Shown in pieces: positions 46,468-54,510 of a stretch of 64,000 nt of DNA. A program made the translations under genes and the position numbers. Source of the stretch: a virus; the IMG/VR virus record IMGVR_UViG_3300045141_000181, positions 8,813 through 72,812 of that record. One strand, 5' to 3'. Below the pieces are notes generated by a model, which was not told where the DNA came from, did not search any database, and saw only the letters and a list, made by a program, of their open reading frames with translations. Within the stretch, counting starts at the first letter, position 1. Every line of letters begins with the position of its first letter.

Positions 46468-46650
46468 ATGAAAACTAAACAGCCCGTGAAGAAGCGTAGA
46501 GACGACGTTGAGCGAGCCCCAGTCAATATACGAAATGTTGCAAAACGAGACTGGGAGAACATAAAAGACATCGCCAAACAGGAAGGCTTGAGCCTCTGGA
46601 TGGTACTCGATGAGATGTTTCATGATTGGCTTAAGAAGCACCGCCATTAG
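46468..46650 (+). CDS. Small RHH-like regulator divergent from trbB
   Basis: VNIRNVAKRDWENIKDIAKQEGLSLWMVLDEM pattern. Confidence 0.6.
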   Translation: MKTKQPVKKRRDDVERAPVNIRNVAKRDWENIKDIAKQEGLSLWMVLDEMFHDWLKKHRH

Positions 46651-46961
46651 GCTGCTCGTTTCCCCGTCAATTCCTCGATCAATCCCCGAATCACCCACTC
46701 CAGCTCCATATCAACCGCCCGCTGCGCATCCACCATCCGGCACGCATAAATCACGGTGGCGTGATTCTTCCCGCCGAAGTATCGTCCGATCCACGGAAAG
46801 CTATTGCCGTTGATCGTTCGCATCAGGTACATCGCAATCTGGCGCGGATGCACAATCGCATGGCGTCCATCACGCCTACGCAGATCTTTCGATTCCAGCC
46901 CATAGCGGACAGCAACGGCCCGCAGTATCGCGTCTGGTGCAACGCGACGAGGCAGAGTCAC
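46647..46961 (-). CDS. Stand-alone DnaA domain IV (C-terminal HTH) protein
   Basis: PRQIAMYLMR...SFPWIGRYFGGKNHATVIYAC. Confidence 0.9.
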   Translation of the reverse strand: MTLPRRVAPDAILRAVAVRYGLESKDLRRRDGRHAIVHPRQIAMYLMRTINGNSFPWIGRYFGGKNHATVIYACRMVDAQRAVDMELEWVIRGLIEELTGKRAA

Positions 46962-47140
46962 GCGCGTCGCCTCTTGGCCGCTAACCGTTTCCAGCGCCTA
47001 CTCTCGCGTGCGCGTTTGTATCTGTCCGCGCAACCCATACAGCAGAACTTGGCATTGGGTCCGTAGGGCGCAAACCAGCGACCACAGAGACATTGCTTCT
47101 CTTTCGGGAGATTCTTGCCGAGGAATATTCCTTGAATCAC
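46958..47140 (-). CDS. Small Cys-rich hypothetical protein
   Basis: CLCGRWF...KFCCMGC; coupled overlaps. Confidence 0.6.
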   Translation of the reverse strand: MIQGIFLGKNLPKEKQCLCGRWFAPYGPNAKFCCMGCADRYKRARESRRWKRLAAKRRRA

Positions 47141-47487
47141 AACCGAACCCCAGCAAGTCGCGACATGTGCTCCAAGATCGCCGGGTTTTTGTAGTAATCC
47201 GCTGCGGCGGCTACCTGCTTCGCAAAATACTCGTTACCGGCTTTTCCTACCCAGTCATCCACACGTGGCTCAGCCGGTCGGCTTGCGCGTTCCGCATCTC
47301 GCGCAGCCCGCTTCTTCGCATTCCGTGCATTTTGCAGTTTTCTCGAACAGGCGCGACAGCGTCTCGACCGTGTTATCCCCGTTTGCCAGATGTGACAGAT
47401 TACGCAGCTCTCGTATCCCGCATCCCAGAGCCAGCGCTTCATGCGCATTTCCAGGTACGTTTTGCAACCGAACTTTGGGTACTTCAT
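47137..47487 (-). CDS. Hypothetical zinc-binding protein
   Basis: CVIC...CRAC; ATGA overlap. Confidence 0.6.
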   Translation of the reverse strand: MKYPKFGCKTYLEMRMKRWLWDAGYESCVICHIWQTGITRSRRCRACSRKLQNARNAKKRAARDAERASRPAEPRVDDWVGKAGNEYFAKQVAAAADYYKNPAILEHMSRLAGVRL

Positions 47488-47625
47488 GCAGCTCTCTTTT
47501 CTTCCGGCTTCACTGGCTCTAAACCTAGCGACCAGAGCTTGCTGTTTGCCCGCTTCAGCGCAATCTCGGTGGCCTCCAGCTTATTTTCCAGATTCTCGAT
47601 TTCGTCTTCCCACCAGAACCGATGC

Positions 47626-47808
47626 TCAGGCGACTGAATAGGCATTGCCGTCCTCCAGTTCCTCCAGCGCAATCTTTTCCGACAGCCAGTCAACGTGTCC
47701 CAGCGTCGCGCCAAATCGCTCCGTGGCCGTCAGGCTTTCGTCCCGCGCGTTCTTCAGGCATAGTTCCGCTTGCTTGGCGCAGTATTCGATGTGCTCGTCT
47801 CTAGTCAT
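47626..47808 (-). CDS. Hypothetical protein
   Basis: ATGA overlap with dnaB. Confidence 0.55.
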   Translation of the reverse strand: MTRDEHIEYCAKQAELCLKNARDESLTATERFGATLGHVDWLSEKIALEELEDGNAYSVA

Positions 47809-49130
47809 GCCGCTACTGGCCTTTCTTCGACCTCGTCAAATCGCGCATATCGCGAAGTGAAGATCAGATTTCCGTGTCCCTTGGGACCGCCACGCTGCTT
47901 CTTGAGTCGGATTATGAACGGCTGCACGTCGGCCTCGTCATCGTCCGTTACGCGCTCAAGGAAGATCACGTGATTCGCGTCTTGCTCGATGCCCGACGAT
48001 TCCTTCAAGTCGGTAAGCTTGCGGTTCTTTGTGTTGCCGCTTTTTTCCGGCCTGCTGAATTGAGACAGCACCATGACGGGGATATCAAAGTCTTGCGCAA
48101 TCTGCTTCATCCCCCGGCTCAGACTGGCGACTTCCTCGGCGCGCGTTCCAAATCTCCCGATACCGCTCATGAGTTGCAAATAATCGACCACTAGGAACTC
48201 AATGGGCTTGCCAATGGACCGATAGCGGTGTAGGTCCTGCCGTAGCATCGGGATCGTGATAGTCCCGGTGTCGCGATACAAAATCAGATCCCCGAGTTCA
48301 GCGATCTTCCAGGCCGTAGCACATGCCTTGCCGCGCTCGTCTTCCTCGCCCAGCCCGATACTCAGCCGGTGCATGTTGACGCGCCCGACTTGCCCGATGA
48401 TGCGGCACAGTACCTCCTCGTTGCTCATCTCCATCGAGTAAAGCGCCGTTCTTTTGCCAGCGTGCGCCGCCGAGTAAATCGACTGCATGGCGCATGCTGT
48501 TTTCCCTTCTCCGGTATTCGCCGCCAGCACCGTAAGCGTTTTGCGCTTAAACCGCATCCTCGACCGCAGCCAAGCGAATGGAGGCTCGATGCCGTTCTGT
48601 GATGGCCTGATTAGGTCGTTGATGCCAACGCGCTCGATGATCTGGTCGGCCGTCTCGAAAGCTTTCTCACCCTTCGGCTGCATGCCCTCCCCGACGCGCC
48701 GTAGCTCTTCCGCCAGATCCCCAGGTGATTCGCCGCGATAGGCCCGCGATTTGATGCTCTCGACATCGCAGATCAACTTCCGCAGCATCGCTTTTTCCCT
48801 CAAGATGCTGATGTAGTTGTCGATGTGATGAACATGAGGCAGTCCGTCATCCAACGAGACCAGATAGCTCAATCCGTCGACCGAGGCCAGTTCACCGTGG
48901 CGCTGCAATTCCTCAGCGACCGTGACGCGATCGATCTTGCCGCCCCGCTGCTGGATCTCGCCCATGCGCAGGAAAATCCGCTTATGCTTCTCAAGCGAGA
49001 AGTCAGTCTGCGCCAAGCTCGTCATGATCGCCTCGACAGGCGTTCTGGCCGGGTCCGCGCTCATCAGCGCACCGAGCACAAGTCTCTCGCAGTCCAGGTT
49101 GTCGGGTAACGGTAAGTCTTCAGTATTCAT
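47805..49130 (-). CDS. dnaB: Replicative DNA helicase DnaB-like
   Basis: ERLVLGAL N-domain, AANTGEGKT, SMEM, VVDYLQL, LSQ, DLKESSGIEQDA, KQRGGP. Confidence 0.96.
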   Translation of the reverse strand: MNTEDLPLPDNLDCERLVLGALMSADPARTPVEAIMTSLAQTDFSLEKHKRIFLRMGEIQQRGGKIDRVTVAEELQRHGELASVDGLSYLVSLDDGLPHVHHIDNYISILREKAMLRKLICDVESIKSRAYRGESPGDLAEELRRVGEGMQPKGEKAFETADQIIERVGINDLIRPSQNGIEPPFAWLRSRMRFKRKTLTVLAANTGEGKTACAMQSIYSAAHAGKRTALYSMEMSNEEVLCRIIGQVGRVNMHRLSIGLGEEDERGKACATAWKIAELGDLILYRDTGTITIPMLRQDLHRYRSIGKPIEFLVVDYLQLMSGIGRFGTRAEEVASLSRGMKQIAQDFDIPVMVLSQFSRPEKSGNTKNRKLTDLKESSGIEQDANHVIFLERVTDDDEADVQPFIIRLKKQRGGPKGHGNLIFTSRYARFDEVEERPVAA

Positions 49131-49918
49131 CGCAAAAAAATCTCTCCCAGGGGTCTAGTGTCTACGGCCGGTACATCCCGTACGGGAGAGGCGCGGGCCG
49201 CGAAAAGCGTGGGCGGCTCCTGCTCGTAACGCTCCATCGTGGCCGCGAGATAGTTGCTGAGGGCCTTCGCGTACTCGCCGCCGTTTTTAGTCCAGTCCTC
49301 GGATTCTGACTTTGCTTGGTGGATGGCAACGATTTTCCGCACATATGCCGCAGTTTCATCAAGCGGCTTTCCCTCAGCAGTCACCAACCGTTTATGCTTC
49401 AGAATCGCCACGAGCCGTTTTCTAACTTCGCTCGGGCCAATGTCGCGCCTATTCGGCGGATGGGTCTGGTGAATGTCGGTGGAGGCTTGATCGAGTACTG
49501 CCTGAAAGGGACTTAAGGGTTTATCTGAAGATGAAGACAGAAGAAGTAATGTTGAACCACCCTTGGGTAGCTGGTTGGTTTTTTGTAACTTCTTACTTTC
49601 TGCGGAGTTACGCCCACCTGTACTAGACTTTTCGGCCCATTTCTGCTGCTTTTCGCGCTCCAACTCCAGCCTCTTGTGAACCAACCTTGTGTTGTCGGTT
49701 GCCGAGTGGCTGAAGCATTTTGTAACCACCCTTAATACGGTGCTGTCTGCACCCTTGCATAACCGTGAGAGCATGACTTCATCGGCAGGAATGCTGCCCT
49801 CTCGCCAGCAGTAGGACAGCAGCCGGATATACGCGCCTTCTTCCTCAAGGGTCATCAACTGTACTTGCTCGTCGGCAAGGTAGTCGGCAGCGTAAAACTG
49901 AAAAGCTGGAGCCTTCAT
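49127..49918 (-). CDS. Phage replication initiator (YdaU/DUF1376-like)
   Basis: FQFYAADYLAD...EEGAYIRLL..CW; directly upstream of dnaB. Confidence 0.85.
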   Translation of the reverse strand: MKAPAFQFYAADYLADEQVQLMTLEEEGAYIRLLSYCWREGSIPADEVMLSRLCKGADSTVLRVVTKCFSHSATDNTRLVHKRLELEREKQQKWAEKSSTGGRNSAESKKLQKTNQLPKGGSTLLLLSSSSDKPLSPFQAVLDQASTDIHQTHPPNRRDIGPSEVRKRLVAILKHKRLVTAEGKPLDETAAYVRKIVAIHQAKSESEDWTKNGGEYAKALSNYLAATMERYEQEPPTLFAARASPVRDVPAVDTRPLGEIFLR

Positions 49919-50610
49919 GCTGTGGCCTCCGCGTCGAACGAGAACACTTCCTGACTTAGCCGCTCGGCAGCTATTTCGCAGTAGCGCTCCTCCCGTTCAA
50001 TACCCACATACGGAATGCCCAATTCATGGCACGCGTGCGCCGTAGTGCCGGAACCCATAAACGGGTCGCAGACGCTTGTTCCGCCGAAGTATTTTAGAAG
50101 CCACCGCGCATGCTGTGGCTTCCTGGGTGTTGGATGGCGCAATGTGGCGATTGCCTCGTCTGTAGCGATTTTGTTGCGGCCATTGCCACGCGCAAACCCC
50201 TTGTCGTTTCGTGTGGCGACTATTCGCCCCGGAATTACATGAGCCCCCTCGCGCGAAGGGGGGGGCTCACCAAAGGCATAGGCCACGTCTGCCGTATAAA
50301 GCAGGCGTCCGATGTAGTTCGGGCAGGCCAGTTCCAGCCAACATACGCGAAAGAAAGCAAATCGGGCCGGAACTGCTGCCAGAAATCTAGGATCGGAATT
50401 GCATCCCAGATGGATCACTATTCGCTTGGTCTCCTTGCCGCATTTATCTAATGCCTCACCAAGAAGCGCTTGTGGGTCTTCGATGTCAAGAAAGACCGAA
50501 TTAGGCCAAACGGGATCAGTGATTATGGCTTCTGCCTCGACCTGCGGCAGCACTTCCCGGCAATCGCCGTGATAGATGGTTATTCCAGCGTGCTGATAGT
50601 ACGGCTTCAC
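49915..50610 (-). CDS. Amino-methyltransferase (N4C/N6A, beta class), orphan
   Basis: YHGDCRE, TDPVW (variant motif IV), HPTPRK, DPFMGSGTT, GIE. Confidence 0.85.
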   Translation of the reverse strand: MKPYYQHAGITIYHGDCREVLPQVEAEAIITDPVWPNSVFLDIEDPQALLGEALDKCGKETKRIVIHLGCNSDPRFLAAVPARFAFFRVCWLELACPNYIGRLLYTADVAYAFGEPPPSREGAHVIPGRIVATRNDKGFARGNGRNKIATDEAIATLRHPTPRKPQHARWLLKYFGGTSVCDPFMGSGTTAHACHELGIPYVGIEREERYCEIAAERLSQEVFSFDAEATA

Positions 50611-50876
50611 TTCTGTCGCTCCTCGATCGCCGCGGTCTCAGCCGCCAGCCTGCGCACGTCCTCGTAATCCGCCTCAAGCCGCGCCAGGGCTGCGCGCGTA
50701 CGGCGTCTCTCGCTGGCACTCTTTTTCTGCCACGGCGCATTGCCATCGTTTTTGCACCGTCCGTGATCCAAATGGAGCCGAGCATCCTGCTCCGTGTAAC
50801 CGCATGACGGACAATATTCGCGCGTTTCCTCTATGCGGCGGCGCAGCTCTGCCATCAGGCCGGTTATGGGGGTCAT
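50607..50876 (-). CDS. Hypothetical protein
   Basis: CPSCGY...DH..C; coupled overlaps. Confidence 0.6.
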   Translation of the reverse strand: MTPITGLMAELRRRIEETREYCPSCGYTEQDARLHLDHGRCKNDGNAPWQKKSASERRRTRAALARLEADYEDVRRLAAETAAIEERQK

Positions 50877-51373
50877 GCGGCCGCTTCTCCCCTTGGGAAG
50901 TTTAGAATTGCAAACTCCCCGAACAACTCTAGTGCTTTGGCGTCATAGGCGCGGGCGGCCTCTTCCGCCGTTGCGAAGCGACCTATGTTTATCTGTTTGC
51001 GATTCAGCCCAATGGTCGCGCTCCACTTACCGCTCCTGGTAGCCGCCACTCCGCGATACGGGCGATTTCCACGCTTTGGCATCACCCTGTTTGCGTTGTT
51101 CTGAGTGCGGGTAGCCACTCGTAGATTCAATCTGCAGCAATTTAATCCGTCGCGGTCACGATGATCAACGTGCTGATCCGGTCCGGCCTCCAGCAGGAAT
51201 CGATGAAGGTAAATCATCTTTCCGGCTTCCATACGCACGGCATAAAGGATGTCCCTGCGCTTTCCGGTTCTCAGTAGTGACCACGTGTATTGAGCCACTA
51301 GGCGATAGTCGTCCCGGTCAATAGTGGCGAATTCGCCACGCGAGAGCGGTATCCGGAGCGTGGCCGACGTCAT
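50873..51373 (-). CDS. HNH endonuclease with AP2 DNA-binding domain
   Basis: VDHRDRDGLNCCRLNLR, then YRGV...W.A.I...GRFATAEEAARAYD. Confidence 0.92.
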   Translation of the reverse strand: MTSATLRIPLSRGEFATIDRDDYRLVAQYTWSLLRTGKRRDILYAVRMEAGKMIYLHRFLLEAGPDQHVDHRDRDGLNCCRLNLRVATRTQNNANRVMPKRGNRPYRGVAATRSGKWSATIGLNRKQINIGRFATAEEAARAYDAKALELFGEFAILNFPRGEAAA

Positions 51374-51447
51374 TTACGGTCCCCTATCCGGTACACATAG
51401 GTGCAGTTAATTGGGACAGCCGGGCTTGTCTTGCCGCTTAAGTTATT

Positions 51448-51494
51448 GAGCCGGCAGGGGGAGTTGAACCCCCGCCTTCGGATTACAAATCCGA
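51448..51494 (-). other. attP: attP core: 3' half of tRNA-Thr(TGT)
   Basis: Minus strand TCGGA-TT-TGT-AA-TCCGA anticodon arm, GGGGG-TTCAACT-CCCCC T arm, TGCCGGC acceptor 3' strand. No 5' acceptor strand or D arm; ~110 bp downstream of the integrase. Confidence 0.85.
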
Positions 51495-51605
51495 CGTATT
51501 CCCTATCGCCACGTGTTGTGGTGTTGCTTTTCAATATATTCACGTCGCCGGTTTGTCGCCATGTGCTCCACTTTTGCCCACCAATACCGCAAACATTGGG
51601 ACAGG

Positions 51606-52679
51606 TCATTTGACCCTCCGCAACAGCGGTTTTTCAGCTCGCCCCATGCTTCGCTTCTCTCTGGCGATATCAAGGTTTTCCTTGTCCACGATTCCGTAGC
51701 GCCGGTCGATCGACGGCGTCTTCATCCCCATAACCTTCATGCGGACGCCTTCTGGAATACCGCAGTCACGCATGCCCATGTTGGCCGAGCGCCGCAGATC
51801 ATGGAAGCGCAAACCGGGGAACCCGGCACGTTTGCAAGCGCTGGCCCACGCCTTGCGGATCGTCTTCAACCGCCGCCCGTTGTGCGTAAATAGGGCCGGT
51901 TCGCCAGGGCATACCGAATCGTGATAGATCAGTTCCTCAGTGAGCAGATCCAGCATCGGCCCATCGAATATAGGGACCTCTCGCGGCTCACCATTTTTTG
52001 TCTTCCGAAGGTATATCGCCAGCCCATCCAGATTGAGGTCAGACACATCGACCGACAGCCACTCTCCCCGGCGAGCGCCAGCGTAGAATGCGCAAGCGCT
52101 GACGGCCCTCAGGTAGCGAGGCAATTCCGGCAACAGTTTCTTCTCGAAGTCCTCGTCGCGGATGAACCCTTGGCGCACGTTGTCTTTCTCTGACTCCATC
52201 GGGAAATGCGGCAGAGTGGGGAGCGCCTTGGGGCGACGCTCCGCCAAGTCGTTCATAGCTGACCGCAGGAACGCCAATTCCCGATTGATGGAGGTCTGAC
52301 TGGTGCGCGGCTGCTTCTCGCGTTGCTCCCGGTAGTCGGTCAGCATGTCCGTTGTGATGCGTGTCAGCAACGTGTCGCCAAAGAACGGGTTGAGGTGCTT
52401 CCGGGCTTGCGATGCATAGGTCTTGTGTGTGCCGACGGCGAGCTTCTTGCGCTTCAGGAACGACTCCAGGAGTTCCGGGACAGTCAGTGTGTCCCGCCCA
52501 TTGCTAAGCGTTCCAGCAGCGGCTTTCTGCTGTAATTGCAGTAACAGCTCGACAGCCTTCCCGCGATCGCTGCTGCCGGTGGCGTATTCCTTACCGTGGA
52601 ACCGCACAGACCAACGCTGACCGCGCTGAAAGACTCGACCGAATCCGTACTGGCGCGTGCGTTTGCGCTTGATACGCAT
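51606..52679 (-). CDS. int: Tyrosine recombinase / integrase
   Basis: GARRGE (R), TKNG (K), HDLRR, RRY (Y). Confidence 0.95.
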   Translation of the reverse strand: MRIKRKRTRQYGFGRVFQRGQRWSVRFHGKEYATGSSDRGKAVELLLQLQQKAAAGTLSNGRDTLTVPELLESFLKRKKLAVGTHKTYASQARKHLNPFFGDTLLTRITTDMLTDYREQREKQPRTSQTSINRELAFLRSAMNDLAERRPKALPTLPHFPMESEKDNVRQGFIRDEDFEKKLLPELPRYLRAVSACAFYAGARRGEWLSVDVSDLNLDGLAIYLRKTKNGEPREVPIFDGPMLDLLTEELIYHDSVCPGEPALFTHNGRRLKTIRKAWASACKRAGFPGLRFHDLRRSANMGMRDCGIPEGVRMKVMGMKTPSIDRRYGIVDKENLDIAREKRSMGRAEKPLLRRVK

Positions 52680-52861
52680 TAAGCTAGTACCGCCGCCGAG
52701 TATGTACTGATCGCTTCTTTAATGCCTTCCATCCATGCCGCCTTTACTTCTTGGGGCACCTCGTCCCAGGAAAGTACATACTTAGAATTCCGGAATGCTT
52801 GTCTGTATGCCTCATAGGCAACCTGCGCCAAAGCCATCCAGTTCCATTGTTGGTTCATGCG
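52679..52861 (-). CDS. Hypothetical protein
   Basis: LAQVAYEAY...SWDEVP...AW pattern; start approximate. Confidence 0.5.
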   Translation of the reverse strand, partial: RMNQQWNWMALAQVAYEAYRQAFRNSKYVLSWDEVPQEVKAAWMEGIKEAISTYSAAVLA

Positions 52862-53112
52862 ATCCTCTCTACTGACCTTGCCGCCCACTCGTCCAGGTCC
52901 ACCCGGCGAAACTGCATCGACCTATCCGCCCGCACTGCGGGGATTTGGCCGAACCGGTGTAGATTGCGAAGCGCCTGAACGGAGCGGTCTATATATTCGG
53001 CGGCCGTCTCGATCGACATCACCGCTGGCCAGTCATGTCTATCGGGCTGCTTTTTACTGATCCGCTCAGAAATAGCATCCGCCAATTCGTCCAAGAATGT
53101 CTTGTCGAACAT
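52855..53112 (-). CDS. xis: Excisionase-like HTH protein
   Basis: MSIETAAEYIDRS...GQIP...FRRVDLDEW; upstream of int. Confidence 0.8.
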   Translation of the reverse strand: MFDKTFLDELADAISERISKKQPDRHDWPAVMSIETAAEYIDRSVQALRNLHRFGQIPAVRADRSMQFRRVDLDEWAARSVERIA

Positions 53113-53324
53113 CAGGCTTCCCCCAACTTGCGCAATTGGCTGACTCTCCAGAATCCGCCGCCCTCAAAGAACGCTATGGCCTCTAAGTTCGGGAATCTTT
53201 CGAGGGCGTCTTTACCGTACACTTTGACTTCCTCCACTTTGCACGTAAACGGCGAGCCATCTGGGTTATACCCCCAGTTCGGTCCGGTGACGATATCGCC
53301 GGGTTGACATTCACACACCTTCAT
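53112..53324 (-). CDS. Hypothetical protein
   Basis: Abutting start and stop codons. Confidence 0.55.
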   Translation of the reverse strand: MKVCECQPGDIVTGPNWGYNPDGSPFTCKVEEVKVYGKDALERFPNLEAIAFFEGGGFWRVSQLRKLGEA

Positions 53325-53801
53325 CTACGCCGCCTTTCCGCTAATTTTCGAGATGTCGTACCCGTAGACGCTGACGGCCAGTGCTGCCCACATATGGCTT
53401 GCGATGCCGAACGTAGGACCGGGCGCTTTGCGATTTCCGGGAGGTCCAAGCCGGTCAATCAAAGCTTCCCGCACATGTGAGTCGTTCGCTCTGGCAACCC
53501 CGCATAGATGCGTCTTGATGGTAGGTCTGGTCGCAAACTCCGGCATCGTTCGCAGATCCTTCCAGCGCTGAGTAAATCGCCCCGTCCAGAGGATCGTCTT
53601 GATGGTTGATGACCCCATCTGCGTGCCGTAGTTCTGCACCATTTCGATGAAGCAGGTCGGGTACTCCAGTTCTGCCCACGCCTTTAGTTGCCACTCTTCC
53701 AGTTCGTCATTGTCGTAGATTCCGTAGCCGATAATTCGCGCGCCGTCCCACATAACCGCTGCTGATTTATCGCTGCCGGGATCGATGCCCAGAATTGTCA
53801 T
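53325..53801 (-). CDS. RuvC-like Holliday junction resolvase / RNase H-fold nuclease
   Basis: ILGIDPG, FIE, HMWAALAV motifs. Confidence 0.75.
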   Translation of the reverse strand: MTILGIDPGSDKSAAVMWDGARIIGYGIYDNDELEEWQLKAWAELEYPTCFIEMVQNYGTQMGSSTIKTILWTGRFTQRWKDLRTMPEFATRPTIKTHLCGVARANDSHVREALIDRLGPPGNRKAPGPTFGIASHMWAALAVSVYGYDISKISGKAA

Positions 53802-53986
53802 TTGCGTTTCTTCTCCACGGGCTTAGCCCACTCGCGGGAGAAGCCCCAACCCGGATGCGCGGCCTCGCACGGAATAATGCCAACACCCATGCGGCGGCCG
53901 TGAGCGGGTATTTGCCCGCGCTCAGTTAGATCGACCGTCTCGGCACATACCGGACATTGAATTGCCTTTTGCTCGTCCTGTTTCAT
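53798..53986 (-). CDS. Small zinc-binding hypothetical protein
   Basis: CPVC...H...C. Confidence 0.5.
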   Translation of the reverse strand: MKQDEQKAIQCPVCAETVDLTERGQIPAHGRRMGVGIIPCEAAHPGWGFSREWAKPVEKKRK

Positions 53987-54130
53987 CGACGCCCTCCCAA
54001 TAACTCACGCACTTTATTCAGCGCCCAGAACCATGTCGGCCCGAATCCTTCCAGTCGCGCATCCCTGATGCGGTACACGTGCCACCAGCCGGATTCGCGG
54101 CAGATTCGGTATTGGGCGGATTGCTTCATC

Positions 54131-54502
54131 TCAATCGACAAATTCAAACTCAATTCGGGTTACTTCCGTCTCTGGCGCGCAGCCCTTATGGGATGCGCAG
54201 AAGAACTTAACGAACTCTGACGGGAATCGCAATGTAGGGTGATAGGCAAACCCTTCCTTGACGCATTCTGCTATCCCGTATCTGACATCGTCGGTCATTC
54301 TATTAAGCGGCTCTTGAGAGGTATCTACTACTCGAATTACGGCAAGTTTGGTGATCTTCTCGCCCCTCTTTAATCCTTGACTCTTCAGAACTCCCTGAAG
54401 CAGCGTTCCCGGCTTGAGCGCCCGCCAGCCATTCCTGCGCGTAACGGTCTTCGTCCGATTCCGGATCTGTTCCCTCGTTAAAGCGAACGATATATTTCTC
54501 AT
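54131..54502 (-). CDS. ASCH domain protein
   Basis: ISFALT..QI..RTKTVTRR.GW...EGF...RIEF. Confidence 0.85.
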   Translation of the reverse strand: MRNISFALTREQIRNRTKTVTRRNGWRALKPGTLLQGVLKSQGLKRGEKITKLAVIRVVDTSQEPLNRMTDDVRYGIAECVKEGFAYHPTLRFPSEFVKFFCASHKGCAPETEVTRIEFEFVD

Positions 54503-54510
54503 CTATTGCC

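Larger units (their letters stand above)
27678..46650 (-). mobile_element. Conjugative transfer module (Trb-type T4SS + T4CP + MOBF relaxase + candidate oriT)
   Basis: Gene set and order trbB-C-D-E-J-K-L-F-G-I-traF, then oriT-RHH-T4CP-relaxase; all reading frames open. Confidence 0.93.

Noticed and set aside
27678-46650. Independent ICE or plasmid inserted into a prophage
   Set aside because: No second integrase, transposase, rep/par gene or flanking direct repeat was seen, and both ends overlap neighbouring genes. This is disfavoured but not excluded without comparative data.
51430-51520. Complete tRNA-Thr gene
   Set aside because: Only the anticodon arm, T arm and 3' acceptor strand are present; there is no matching 5' GCCGGCA or D arm, so it is treated as attP.
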